Assembly: GCA_049999805.1 (NCBI GenBank)
Contig: JBNGIO010005789.1
Span: forward strand, 41,443-74,441
Direction of reading: 5' to 3'
Source: Folioceros fuciformis
Lineage: Eukaryota
Length of the DNA stretch: 32,999 bases
The notes below the pieces were generated by a model. It was not told the DNA's origin, made no database searches, and saw only the letters and a list, made by a program, of their open reading frames with translations. This document shows positions 20,944 to 32,999 of the stretch, piece after piece. The first letter of the stretch is position 1. Each line of letters starts with the position of its first letter. Position numbers and translations under genes: made by a program.

Positions 20944-22191
20944 ATGGAAGCGGGTGTGCAGAGGTGGGCCTTCAACACGTCACTGTGGCATCCGTCTCCG
21001 GAGGAATTCAACCTCTGCCTATCCATGCTCCCGCCATCCCAGCAGCAGGACGTGACTCGGTAAGGACGCCATCCATTCCGGGCCAGGAGAATTCTAGCAG
21101 CCATGTCGATACGGCATGGACGCTCCTGGTTTTGACCCTAGCATCCTGCTGCTGCAGGTTTGTCATGATGCAGGACCAGAAGCGGGCACTGGTGAGTCGA
21201 CTGCTGCAGCTCAAGGTGGTGCACTCCGTTCTGGGCATCCCGTACGAGGAAATCGTGATCCACCGAACCAAACAAGGGAAGCCATACCTGGTCTGGTCTG
21301 AACCCAGGCTTTGCCTTCCATGACTGCATTTCGCGATTAGAAGCCAAGGGACCTGGCGGGTAGATGGGTGGCCACAATGCAAGTGCCTCGCATGACGCAT
21401 GTTTGTCCTGGCCAGGCAAACGAAGTGGCCGAGCCTGCACTCCCCAACTTCAACTTCAACACATCCCACCATGGCGACTTCGTGGTGCTGGCCTCGGAGC
21501 CCTTATGTGCCGTGGGCGTGGACGTCATGGCCCACGACCCCACCACGACGGAGCCTCCATGGGAGTACCTGAAGGCCTTCCAGGCCTGCTTCACAGGACA
21601 CGAGTGGGAGCGCATCCTGAGAGCAGGTCCTGACTGGGGCCCTGTTATGGACCAATTTCTCAGGTGTGCTTGCCTTCAAGCGCCTGCCTGGGCTGCCTGG
21701 CAATCTCGCACCGTTGCTCGGACCTGACAGCCTTACAGATTCTGGTGCATGAAGGAGGCATACATCAAAGGTGTGGGCATCGGTCTGGGTTTCGAGCTCC
21801 AGAATGCAGAGTTCCGATACCAGGACGATGATCTGTGGGCAAACACAGCGCGCGTGTGGATCAAGGGACACGAGCAACGCGACTGGCGCTTCCATCTCCA
21901 CGACCTGGGCGCCAGGCACTGGGTGGGTTCAATCGGGTTCAAACTTGAGTTGCCAATCCTCATCCCCCCGCCCTCGCTGACAGTGAGCATGTTCCTTCAC
22001 AGGCCTGTGTTGCTCGAGGGCCACCTTGGGACTCGCTTGAGACGCGGCTCACAGAGTCGCACTTCCAGGATGATATGTACGCCAAGGCCCTCTGCCTTTC
22101 AGAGGAACACTTTCGCATGCTGTGCCTGCAGGATATCCTGCCTCCAAACTCGCTTCAAGTCCGAACAAAGAGCAGCCATCTCATCTGCTAA
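20944..22191 (+). CDS. Sfp/AASDHPPT-type 4'-phosphopantetheinyl transferase; exons 20944-21059, 21158-21290, 21416-21663, 21739-21922, 22003-22191
   Basis: RTKQGKPYL, FNFNTSHHGDFV, VGVDVM and FWCMKEAYIKGVGIGL signature motifs. All junctions are GT-AG and frame-consistent. Confidence 0.93.
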
Positions 22192-22636
22192 GAGGAAACG
22201 AGTGCGAGAATCAAGTCCGACAAAGAAGGGCCTCTAAACCATTGCAGGTGCATGGCCCCAGCGATGGTCGAACTTCCAGCTGCATCCACTCCTGTAGAAG
22301 ACGAGGATGCTTTCTCCTCCAACTTTTCTCAGCTTATTCCAGCCTAGATACGAACTACTTGTAGAGCATATGGCCTTTCCGGAATCGGGAACGGCACTTG
22401 GTCCATTTCGACGTTCACATGCCACCACAAAACAAAGCTTTGCACACGTACCGCCGAGGCTGGCTAATGGGGCTTTTTTATCTTTAATGGATCAAACTTG
22501 AGACATAGTAGGAGCCTGTGGCAGACGAGACGAGAAGGAGCGCCGAGGCGCAAGGCGAGGAGAGGCTGTGGAGCGTACTCTGGAGGCTTGGAGTGGTGGA
22601 GCTACCGTGTCCTTCACGCTCGCCACTCCTGCCACC

Positions 22637-24402
22637 ATGACGCACCGCGAGGCCTCCCATGCCGGCTCCTGGTACTCCGACAACGGTATGGTGTGGTGTG
22701 CGCTGGGATCGTGTCTGCTCTCCTGCGTCCTTACCGACTGCTGGTTTGATTCGCTCGCACTTGGTGCAATTTCGCAGCAAGAGAGCTGGCGGAGGAGATC
22801 GACATGTGGCTGACGGCCTCGGCTCTCCCTAAATTGGCCAATGCCCGGGCCGTGATTGCGCCGTGAGGCCAGCTTGCTCTTCTTGAATGTTTGGTTCTGC
22901 TGCTGGTGTGCCAGGAATTAGGTCTCACGGGAGGCATGTGAGATGCGATGCGATGATGCGTCGTTCGTGGTGATGCAGTCACGCTGGATACCGGTATTCC
23001 GGGCGCTGTGCTGCTTTTGCGTTTGCCAACATCGAGCCTCGGGGAATGTGAGAAATTGTGCTGGAGCTTCTGGTTTGTTTGTCTGTTTTGAGGAAGCGAT
23101 TTTGTAGTTGTTGTGGTTGGTTGCCTGGTTGGGTGGATGTGATGTGATGTGATGTGATGTGATGCCGGGTTTGTGTGGGATGCTGAAGTGGCGGCTGTTG
23201 CGTGGGTTGCGACAAGATCGCGTGTGTTCCTGCTTGGGCCGTCGCATCACTACTTCACTCGGAAATGTGCTCTGTCGAGGGCATCGGTGTACAAGACGCC
23301 CCTGGGTGACCTCCACATAGATCAAGAAGGTAATTTGGCGTTGGGAGGGCTGAGTTGTGGGACTCTGGTTCTCTAACTTCGGTGGCTGCGCTGTGTCATT
23401 TACTGTTGTCGTTGTATTTCTTGTGGTAAGGCAGTTTATCGAGAGCTCAAAGCTACCGGTAAGTTCGAAGATATGGATCTTACCGTGGATGAGGCAGAGC
23501 ACAGTATGGAAATGCACCTGCCGTACTTGGCTAGAATCTTCCAGGGGTATGTCTCTCCTCCCTCGTACCAAAACCTGCGTTGTCTTATCTTTTTCAGTCT
23601 TGAGAGAGCAGCCCAGGTTGAGCTTGTTCCCTTTGCTTACAATAAAATCTTGACTGCGGGTGTTTTACAGGTGCCCAGTGAAGATTGTTCCGATTTTAGT
23701 GGGCGCACTCACTTCTGAGAGCGAGGCAGCATATGGGAGACTTCTAGCTAAATATCTTGATAATCCTGTTAACTTCTTTTCCGTGTCATCGGACTTTTGC
23801 CACTGGGGAACAAGGTGATGCACTTTCTGGTGTCTGAGACGTCTTGTCTTTGAAACACTTTTGAAACATCGAAGGGCTTCACACAGTGAGGGTGACATGA
23901 AGCACGGGCCTTATTGGGTGCAGGTTCAATTACACCTACTATGAAAAGAAGCGGGGTCCAATTTTCAAATCCATAGAGGCTTTGGATCAGAGTGGCATGG
24001 ATATCATAGAGGGAGGCAATCCTGATGCCTTCAAGGAGTACCTGAATGAGTATGACAATACAATATGTGGCCGTCACCCTATTGGAGTATTCCTGCACGT
24101 ACACCCTCTGGCTTTTACCCGCGTGTCCCCTTGAGAGCATTTTGCGGACAAACTTCTGTGATGGCGACTGTTGTCAGAAGCAGCTCTATCTACTCACCTC
24201 TCGCCTTCCTAGATGCCCTGTCTGTCCTGAAGTTCCTCTGGCAATGTTTCACTGCAACGTTGTGTATGTTTTGCAGATGGCAAAGTGCTGTGTTACGAAG
24301 ATTCGTATCAAGTTTTTGCAGTATGAGCAGTCAAGCCACTGCAAGAGCATGCGGGACAGTAGCGTCAGCTATGCTTCAGCTGTGGCAACGGTTGAAGCTT
24401 AA
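22637..24402 (+). CDS. MEMO1: MEMO1 family protein; exons 22637-22685, 22778-22862, 22979-23047, 23217-23329, 23435-23546, 23671-23814, 23924-24098, 24277-24402
   Basis: REASHAGSWY, IAPHAGYRYSG, LLGPSHH, DEAEHSMEMHLP, SSDFCHWG, NTICGRHPI and DSSVSYASA motifs assemble across GT-AG introns. Confidence 0.95.
23136..23165. repeat. (GATGT)n microsatellite in MEMO1 intron 3
   Basis: Direct reading: gatgtgatgtgatgtgatgtgatgtgatg. Confidence 0.9.
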
Positions 24403-24778
24403 TCTTGTGCTACATCGTCAGAGGTACCTTTATTCCTTTGTGGGGTCGTCGGTCGAGTCATTGTCTGGTGAGATGGTAGGAATGAACTCACTTCATAAGC
24501 TTAGTGAGGGCACAATTCGGAGCTCAGATCCGCATTAACCTGGGTAGTGAGCACACCGATGGGTCGATTTATTCATGTACAGATTATCTGTCCAGCTTTG
24601 CCGGCCATGGATAATATTCTAGAGAAGTTTCCTTGTATTCATAGTAATAATAGGGAGACGAACATTGTCTATCCAAATCAAATGTAAAAACGTTCAATTC
24701 ACCTAGTTCCCTGCACTAAATACCTTCTCATTCACTGAAAGTCGGGATAGCGACACTTTCTGATGTCTTCTCTTCACA

Positions 24779-26263
24779 TCAACTTGGATTGGATGGTCGA
24801 AAAGAGTGCATGTTTCGTTGGATCAAAAGTTGTGAACATGTTTCCTCATCGGCATACAGCCAAGGGAATGAGCCTTGCGTTGCACTTAGGAGTCCTTGTT
24901 TCAGTTGTCCCAAATGCCTAGAAAACAGGACCTGCTGAGCAGTGACATCAACACGGGCTTCGTCATACTCCTTCAGTGCCTCATCAACCTGGGAAGGCCC
25001 CCGCTGCTTCAAAGACCTGCCCAGAGCAAATGCATCCAGGATGGACATGTTGGTACTCCGAACCCCGTGAGGAGAAGTTGGGTGTGCTGCCTCTCCGACA
25101 AGAACCACCCGATCCCTCACAAATTGCTTTAGCGGCTCTCTGTCGAAGATGGCATTCACAAATGGCGCAGCTGTGCTTTGCATCACCGCAGCCAGCTCTG
25201 GCAGCCATGTCCTCTTGGCCTCTTCGTGCATCTTGCTGATCTGTTCTTCATCCGCCTTGGCTGTCATGGACTTTCCCTGGCCAATAACCAGAGGTTCAGC
25301 ACTGAACTCACGTGCTTACTATAATCCAGGACGGACAGGTACAAACCTTCAACTCAGGTTGTGGCTGGTTCACATACCACAGCCAGTTCAGCCTCTGATC
25401 CGGAAGCATGTACAGAACAGAATGTGTGCCGGGAGCAAGCTCGAAGTAGAGACAGCGTCCGAGATCAGGATACACTTCTCTGATTGAAGCGACCACTTGT
25501 GCAACCTCCGTTCCGGAGCAGTCCAGGACACCCCTCCAGGCAGAATACCCCCGATAAAGACGCTCATCTTGGTGTGCACACACGATTCAGCTAGACCATC
25601 CACGAGATCTCTGCTTTCAGAAATCGATCAACGAACTGCATGTACCCTTAGGAAGAAAATGCTGTCGCGTGTGAGACATAGAACCGTCGGCTGCCACCAG
25701 CAAGTCACACTCGTACTTTCGGAGGTTCCCGCCATTGCCTTCCATCATCACATCCACAGAAATGTCGTTAGAATTGAGGTTAGAAAACGAGACAACCTCG
25801 TGACCATATCGCACTGAGCCCGTCGGCAGAGCCTCCAGAAGCATGCGATGCAGATCGCTCCAGTGCAAGGCCCGGTGGTGGAAGCTTTCATCTTTGGCGA
25901 CCAGACGCACCTCTTTGGTTACCGTGTGGATCGCCCGGTTCTACGACAGAGGGTAGCGAGACTCAGCTGCAGGATAATGCGGAATGGACACAGAAACACG
26001 TGATCGGGGCAACATATAGTGACCTGTTCAGAATCCAGGGGTAGGGATTGAGCAGACAGGACATCCTGGAGGCCCCAATCACCGAGAGCTGCACATGCGT
26101 CCGGGTCCAAGGCCAGTCCAGCTCCGGCTGCAGTCACAGCTGCTCCAGCTCTCTCAAGCACAACAACAGAACAGAATCCTGTTTGGAGCAAGGCGTGGGC
26201 GCAGCTCAGCCCCGCAATGCTGCCACCAACCACAACCACTCGCAACTCCTGTTTGTGCACCAT
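24779..26263 (-). CDS. Class A FAD-dependent monooxygenase (2,6-dihydroxypyridine/salicylate hydroxylase-like); exons 26263-26024, 25940-25646, 25567-25347, 25276-24779
   Basis: VVVGGSIAGLS Rossmann motif, DLLVAADGSMS (DG motif), GYSAWRG and LVGEAAHPTSPHGVRSTNMSILDA (GD-motif position). Confidence 0.93.
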
Positions 26264-26647
26264 CTCGTCTCAGTCCAAAATCCACAGCCCACACGCAGCT
26301 GAGCTCCGCAATGCTACCAGCTACCACAAGCACTCACGTCCGCTGTCTCCGCACTATCTGTTTTCAATGTAGATTCCGCATTGTTGAAGGTAGAGGGAAA
26401 GTACCATCCTTGGAGTCTGGAACGTCGAGCAGAACTAGATTATTCCTCACTGTGCGTTAAACACTAGGCGATTCCGCCATACAGGGTTTTCAGGTCTCTA
26501 AAGTAGTGACGTGACAGTATCCCACCCTCAATTGAAGCAACAACCGATCCTCAATTGCTGCAACAGGCTAGGAGATGAGCATGCTTCCTAAAAAACACGC
26601 CTCAAGAGTTAGGTTAGATTTGGCTCTCATGTCGGATAAAACGTCCC

Positions 26648-27461
26648 CTATCTCTGCTGCCGCCTGCTCATCAGCTCCTTGCCCGCTACCAGGAAAAACG
26701 CAGTATGCCTGCCACGAGCACCGGGTGAGTGGAAGAGGCAAGGAAACGGGATTCCAGCCCGGCGGGAGCTGGTACTTGCGTGGGATAACGAAACGGACCT
26801 GAAGAAATTACGCATGCGCGTTTTAGAATCAGCATCTATCTCATTCACGCTGTCCAGAGCTGCGTCCATGTGCTGCAGCCATCGGTGAGCAGCCTGTTCC
26901 GTGACAGCATAGGGGCCGTGTCTCCCAATTAGCGCCGGGTGACCTAAAGCCATACCCCAGACAAGCATCAGCCAAGGACAGGGTTTAGGGTTTACCCACA
27001 AAAAAGACTTTCTCCCTTCAGCTCCAAGCCTTCAACAAAGGGGGAAGAACTGCAAGCACCAGTCTCGAGAGTGGATGGGGTTACCTTTCCTTCGCGAGTA
27101 CAGAGGGGGACCTCCCATTCTCTGGATAAAGAACTCGTACTGATTCTGGATGGCATCACCTTTTTTGGAATTTGCGAAGATGGATCGAAACGCCTCATCC
27201 TCGTCAGCGTATACCCTGTGCAACCGACAAGCCGTAGGCAAGCCTTACAAAGTGAGCCTGCGACATGGTGCCAGCTCCAGAGCATCCGTGAGAAGCCGCC
27301 CCAGCAGCACAAACATACCTGTCGTAGAAGTTGGTGGAGAGCTTCACAAACGTTTCATGTCCCAGCTTGTCGTAGAGGCTGGGACTGACTTCGTCAATCC
27401 CGAATGCATCTTCCTGCTTCACCCCGCTCCTAATGGAAGCCTGCTCCTGGAGGCTCTGCAT
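26648..27461 (-). CDS. GLB3: Truncated (2-on-2) hemoglobin, plant class 3; exons 27461-27319, 27215-27085, 26943-26799, 26708-26648
   Basis: MQSLQEQAS...[13 protein letters not shown]...[29 protein letters not shown]...[13 protein letters not shown]. Confidence 0.96.
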
Positions 27462-27959
27462 TGCGGAAACACACTAGGCCAACCTCACCTGGCGACTCTT
27501 CTAACGACGAACCTTGAAAAGGCTTCTGAAGGCAATCAAAGCCCTGGAGGCCGCACCAGAATGCTCGCGAAGCTCTCCAAACGAGCCTACTCGTCTGCGT
27601 ACCCAAAAAGGCACACATATTCATTCGAGCTTCCATGCCACTACCTAAGTACAGTACATAGCAGGTTCTCAAAATAAAACGCCTGCTGCTTGTGACTTCA
27701 CTCTTCGTGCGTTTTGGACCGCTCTCACCTACACAGTACTGAACTTGGTTGGGAAACTAAGGTTCTCCCGATAATCCCAGAACGACGGAGCAATTAAAAT
27801 TGAGTAGTTTCTAAGGTACAAAACGGCTTGTTAGTAAGTGTTTGTATCAGCAAAGTATTTTTAGTTATTTATTATTAACATAATGTGGAATAACAAAAGA
27901 CCTACCACCAACTGTCCCGGCCCGATAAGCCACTTGACCAGCGCTTGTTGCTATTCTTA

Positions 27960-28720
27960 GAACTGCGTAGGCCAATGCTTTTTCAAAGCAAAGGCATTTG
28001 ATGATAGGGAATCATCAAAGTTAGGTATTATTTGACCACTAATGACAACACATTAGATGTGATTGACCTAGTCCTTAGATTAGACTATCAATAGCACTTA
28101 TAGTTATGGAATAGCTGAAGTGTGGAATAACTAACAAAGGTAGGCTTTACTCTAGTTGAAAGCCATGTCGGTGCAAGATGTGCATCCAAAAGCTTGAACT
28201 TGTGTAGATTTATTTCCAAAGCATACTTGGACTAGAGAGAGTTGATATAGTGATTAAACTTGCCTATCTCAATGGACTTGCACTCTAAGAAAGAATTCCA
28301 AAGCTTCTAAATCTACCATCTTCAACTAGTGATAAACATTCCCTTTATGTTCACAAGTAGTTTTCTTGGGTCATTCGTGAACAAGATGCAACCATCAATG
28401 AACAAGACTAGGAGGAGAAAGTGTCTCTTTGTGTGTTTGTGAAAACGTTTTGAAATACGAGGCTGTTGATCGATGGATGAAAGCCTATTGGTGCTTGTTT
28501 GAGGCCATATGAGCCCTTGAGCAACTTGCAGACTTAGGAAGGGCTTCCGTCTCAATCTCCAAAGCTCAATACACTCTTTCTGCAAGAATCCTTTCCAAGT
28601 TCCAAAGGCTTAAAGAGACAACAATATCAACCCATTGTATCATATCCTTCCCACGCTTCCAGCATCTTTCCAAAGAAATGACAAGTACATCACGTCAGCC
28701 TTCAACTTATGAAAGACGCC
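27960..28720 (-). mobile_element. Decayed Ty1/copia reverse transcriptase remnant
   Basis: Minus-strand pieces SYGLKQAP (~28490-28515), LLLVLFIDGCIL (degenerate YVDD) and EFFLRVQV...SKYALEI, with many stops and frameshifts. Confidence 0.75.
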
Positions 28721-29828
28721 CCTCTCCAATCACATTTGGTGCAATAATATCGTAACCCAAATAAAAAAGTCTTAAATTCAAAGACCGGCCAGCACGGTCC
28801 ACCGTTACCAGGTCTGCATCAGACTGTCAACAAAATGCTCTCTGATGAGCTATGATCGAGTCTCCTCCACGAGGCTGTCCTGTCCGCGCGAAAAGGCTAG
28901 GAAAGGGAAAGCGTGGCGATGCCAGAGGCTACAATTAATGCCAATGTGTGCCCTCATGGGACACGTGTCAGACGTGTGACCTCAGAGGAAGATGCCGTGC
29001 CACCTGCATATTCGCCCAAGTACCGCCTCCGGATTTTGAACAATGCAGGCATAATACCACCTGCTGCAGCGGCTCCTTCGGGGCTGCGCGAATCGTGGAA
29101 CTGTAGTGTGTGGATCCAATCTGTGCCGAGCTCTCCCGCGTGGTGGGTTGTGGACTCGGCCTCCGCAGCCGGTTTGGATTGGCGTGCTTGTGGCGTGGCG
29201 TGGCTTGGTGGGCTTAGTGGGCATTGTCAAGAAGGTGCGGAGGAGTTCTGCGTCACGGAATTGGCCATGTGTAGAGAGGGCGTGGCTTGCGTGAGCGCTT
29301 CGCTTCTGGTGTCAGCTTCGTGCGCGTGCCCTGTCTGAGACCCTGTCCACGCCGGTTTGGACATTTCTGCATTATCTGCTCAGAGTTTTCGGAAGCCTAG
29401 GCTTTTGCTCGCGACGCTGAATTCTGGCGGGGGAGCTCGGATTGTCGTGTTGTGTGATTGATTCGAGAAGACCGCCAAGCGGCGGATTGTGGAGGGGCTG
29501 GAGGAGACGAGGAGGCGGTTTAGTAGTTGAATTGAGTCGCAGCACAGGTCGAGGAGGTTCTGCAGCCAGTGTGCTTGAGCTGGTGCTGGTGAATGTGCCC
29601 GTGGGGACGTTTAACGTGAGTGTGTGCTCTGGCAGTCTTGCGCGTCGGGTTAGGGTTTAGGACGCTGACTGTGCTTCGAGCCAGGAGGCGATTTTCTATG
29701 AATTCTCATGGCATGTGTTGTAGAGCCGAGCGCACATTGTAGCGGAGTTTTTGTTCCGGGCAGGGTTCGGGGCAACGAATTGTGGCTGGATTGGTTGCCC
29801 TCGTGCGGGCTTCTCACTACAGTTATTC

Positions 29829-32800
29829 ATGAAGGAGAAGATGAAGTCCGTCCAGACTATGTTGACTCATACTCATCCCTACCCCCACGAGCACTCTCAG
29901 CATGCGTTGTTGGCGGTGGTTGTTGCCTCCATTTTCTTGATATCCACGGATAACATGCATACACTGGTTCACAAGTTGGAGGATAATATCAAGTGGTGGT
30001 CAATCTATGCCACCCTCCTGTTGTTCTTTTACTTTTTCTCTTCGCCGTTTCTGGGGAAGACAATCCAGCCAAGCTACACCAATTTCAGTCGCTGGTATTC
30101 TCTTCCATCTAACTCTGCTGTGGAGCCCATGGTTTGACAGGGAAACCGGAACTGCACAACTCTGCTAGATTTCTGCCATGAGAATACCGTTTTCTCCGCT
30201 GACCTGGTGTCACTTGCTTTTCTCAGGTATGTGGGCTGGCTCCTAGTTGCAGCTGTGCACCATCTTCCCAGCTTCCAGTCTATGGGAGTGGACCTACGGA
30301 TGAACTTGTCTCTTTTCTTGACGTTGTTCCTGGTATCAGTCCTGGCCCTTGTGGCGTTTCATGTGACGTTTCTTGGGTTTTGGTACCTCGGTTTAGCGGC
30401 GAGAGTTGCTGGGAAGCGGCCTGAGATCCTGACCATCGTGCAGAATAGTGCGGTATGTTGGATGGTCGTGTGGCAGCTTTTTCATTTGGTCAGAGTAGTT
30501 TCCTGAGCATTTGCTTTCATTTCAAGTCTTTGACTCTGAGTTATCTACTGTCATTGTGGCAGGTACTGAGTGTGGCGTGCATTGTCTTCTACAACCATTG
30601 TGGCAATCGGGCACCTTTTAAGCCTGCCACAGGCTTGCGGTGGTTTAGGAACTTTTTGTTTGAAGAGCTTGCAAAGTGGAATGCAACAGCAGTGTATCAA
30701 GGCTGGCCTGCGATGAATGAAATCAAGGAACAAGTATGCACAAATTGGCTAGGTCCAGTGGGATCCGCAAGTGACTACCCTGTCTTCTCAAAATGGGTTC
30801 TCTACGGAGAGGTGTGGTATGGTCCCTGAAGAATCTTCTGTGGAATTTTCTGTGTGATTCATTGATACAGTGAATACAGCAGTTCAATTTGGTGGGCCGA
30901 AGGTCGTTCCTTTGCCTGCCGGTTTCTTTTTCTCTTTGTGGTGAACTCTGATCGTGTTTCTATTTGTCAGCGGGTCTGCAATGATTCTTGCATTGAACCA
31001 TCAGATAATATATCTCCGGTTTACTCTTTGTGGGCAACGTTTATTGGGTTGTATGTTGCCAACTATGTGGTGGAGCGTTCCACTGGGTGAGAAAGTCTTG
31101 TCCTTTCTTGTGGTCGTATTGCTGATTGAAATATTCATGTTGTCTTAGACTGCAGCTTTGTAGGGGTTGGTCGTAAGGTTCTTGGCCATATGCTTGTTGC
31201 TTATGTCTTTGAGGGATTGAACAGGTGGGCACTTACTCACCCTGACTGTGATCAGAAACCTGAACAACACAAACCCTTGACATCTCCGGAGTTTTTGGAT
31301 ATGGTGCCTTGGTATTCGGGGTGAGTTTAGCTGTTTGTCTGCAGCTCGACTATCCTTGTTCTACTGGTTCCGTTCAGTGGGGTTAACCAGTGTCTGTCCT
31401 TTAACGTAGGACCTCTGTTGATCTTTTCAAAACTGCATTTGATCTCCTGGTGTCTGTCACGCTGTTCCTCGGCCGCTTTGACATGCGAACTATGCAGGTA
31501 TCCAGGATAGCTGATTCGGTGCGATGTTTCCTGCCTTACATGTATGAATGTTGTGAACTGATTAGCTTTGAATATTGTAGGTGGCAATGACGCAAGCGCA
31601 GCAACAGGGGAAGACTGACAGCTTTTTACACGTTCACTTCAGTAAGCGCGATGAATTTTGGTTTGACTTCATGGCAGACACAGGCGATGGAGGCAATTCA
31701 ACATATAGCATTGCTCGGCTGCTTGCACAGCCAAGCATATTGTCAAAGAACAGGCACAAGCAGTATAAAGATCTTCCTCGTGGTGACTTGCTTCTTGTTG
31801 GTGGTGATCTTGCGTAAGTCCCTGCAAGCGTATCCCTTTGCTCCTCGTAGCTTCTGAGTTCATGTCCTACTAATCATCTGAGTGGCATTTTGTGTGGTGA
31901 GCTTCTCTTGGCATTTTGTGTGGTGAGCTTCTCTTACAGAATGTTTTGCGTTTGTATTGACCTCAGTTATCCAAATCCTTCTCAATTCTCGTACGAGCAG
32001 AGACTCTTTCATCCTTTTGAGCTGGCCTTGCAACCACCTCTGAGCTACAAGCCTGAGCATATTGCTGTGAAGAAACCAGAGCTTCCAAAGGGAGTGCGGT
32101 CTCTTGAAGAATATGATGGTCCACAGTGCTTTGCGATTCCTGGAAATCATGGTAATCTGGAATACTCGGCTCAGTAGTCATGAGATCCTTAGCCCATCGC
32201 CCATCTAAATCAATCATTTGATTCGTTGTTGTGCATGGTCTTGGTAGATTGGTTTGATGGGCTGGATACGTTCATGCGATATATTTGTCACAAGAGCTGG
32301 CTTGGGGGATGGCTCTTACCACAAGAGAAGAGCTACTTCGCACTGCAACTTCCTCATGGCTGGTGGGTCTTTGGTCTGGATCAAGCTCTTCATGGAGATA
32401 TTGACATTTTCCAGTTCAAGTATTTTTTGGAGATCATACGGGATAAGGTACAGACTACCCATTTGTTGTGGGAAGTAGCATGAGTTACGGTTTCTTTGGG
32501 TGGTTCTCTGTACGTGGCCTTCGTGTTTGCAACAGATGGGAGAGTATGATTCTGTCATCATCATAACTCATGAGCCCAATTGGCTCTTGGACTGGTACTG
32601 GGACGGTTCGACTGGGAAGAACGTGGCACATTTAATCCAGGATCACTTGCATGGCCGGTGTCGCCTAAGGCTCGCCGGTGACCTGCATCACTACATGCGG
32701 CACTCAGCTGTTCCTTCAGGGGCAGCTATAAACGTTCAGCATCTAGTTGTCAACGGATGTGGTGGTGCATTTCTTCATCCGACACACGTGTTCAAAGGAT

Positions 32801-32999
32801 TTTCTCAATTTCAGGGTGCCCACTACCAAAGGTTGGCTGCATACCCATCTATTGAAGATTCCCAGAAGGTACCTGTAGGATACATCCCATCTAATATATC
32901 TTCTGTGTTTCACAATCTAAATCTCATCTGTACCATTACTGCACAACTACGTCAAGCTAATTCATTGTGTTGAACTGCGGCACATCAGATTGCTTTGGG
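29829..32999 (+). CDS. Membrane-anchored calcineurin-like metallophosphoesterase (plant-conserved family), multi-exon, 3' end outside window
   Basis: N-terminal LTHTHPYPHEHSQH followed by TM segments. Metallophosphoesterase motifs FDFMADTGDGGNSTY, GGDLA/YP, IPGNH/DWFDG, THEP and AGDLHHY are spread over many GT-AG exons. The start ATG is uncertain (29829/29841). Confidence 0.9.

Noticed and set aside
20944-27461. PPTase, MEMO1, monooxygenase and globin as a metabolic/redox gene cluster
   Set aside because: All are broadly conserved plant genes and there is no scaffold synthase (NRPS/PKS); adjacency is expected in a compact genome.

Overview
Gene-dense, intron-containing land-plant nuclear DNA. 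It is most likely hornwort-like, an inference from the short (~70-170 nt) GT-AG introns, ~11 genes in 33 kb and a GRP-ending DYW:KP PPR gene. In order: a repeat/LTR-remnant block (1-1.9 kb); an intronless PLS-class PPR gene (-) with an N-terminal OSB-type PDF motif and a C-terminal DYW:KP (…CKGRP) domain of the class associated with reverse U-to-C organellar RNA editing; a CorA/ZntB-like transporter (+); a PHT2;1 phosphate transporter (+); a catalytically dead DYW:KP relic (-); a degenerate coiled-coil ORF region; RPS28 (+); a degenerate 4-copy ~150-180 bp array with C/D-box-like geometry; an AP2/ERF (DREB-type) ORF interrupted by one TGA (-); a CRM-domain splicing factor (-) head-to-head with an Sfp-type phosphopantetheinyl transferase (+); MEMO1 (+); an FAD monooxygenase (-); truncated hemoglobin GLB3 (-); a decayed Ty1/copia RT (-); and the 5' part of a calcineurin-like metallophosphoesterase (+). 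Exon boundaries were inferred by eye from splice signals and reading-frame continuity.
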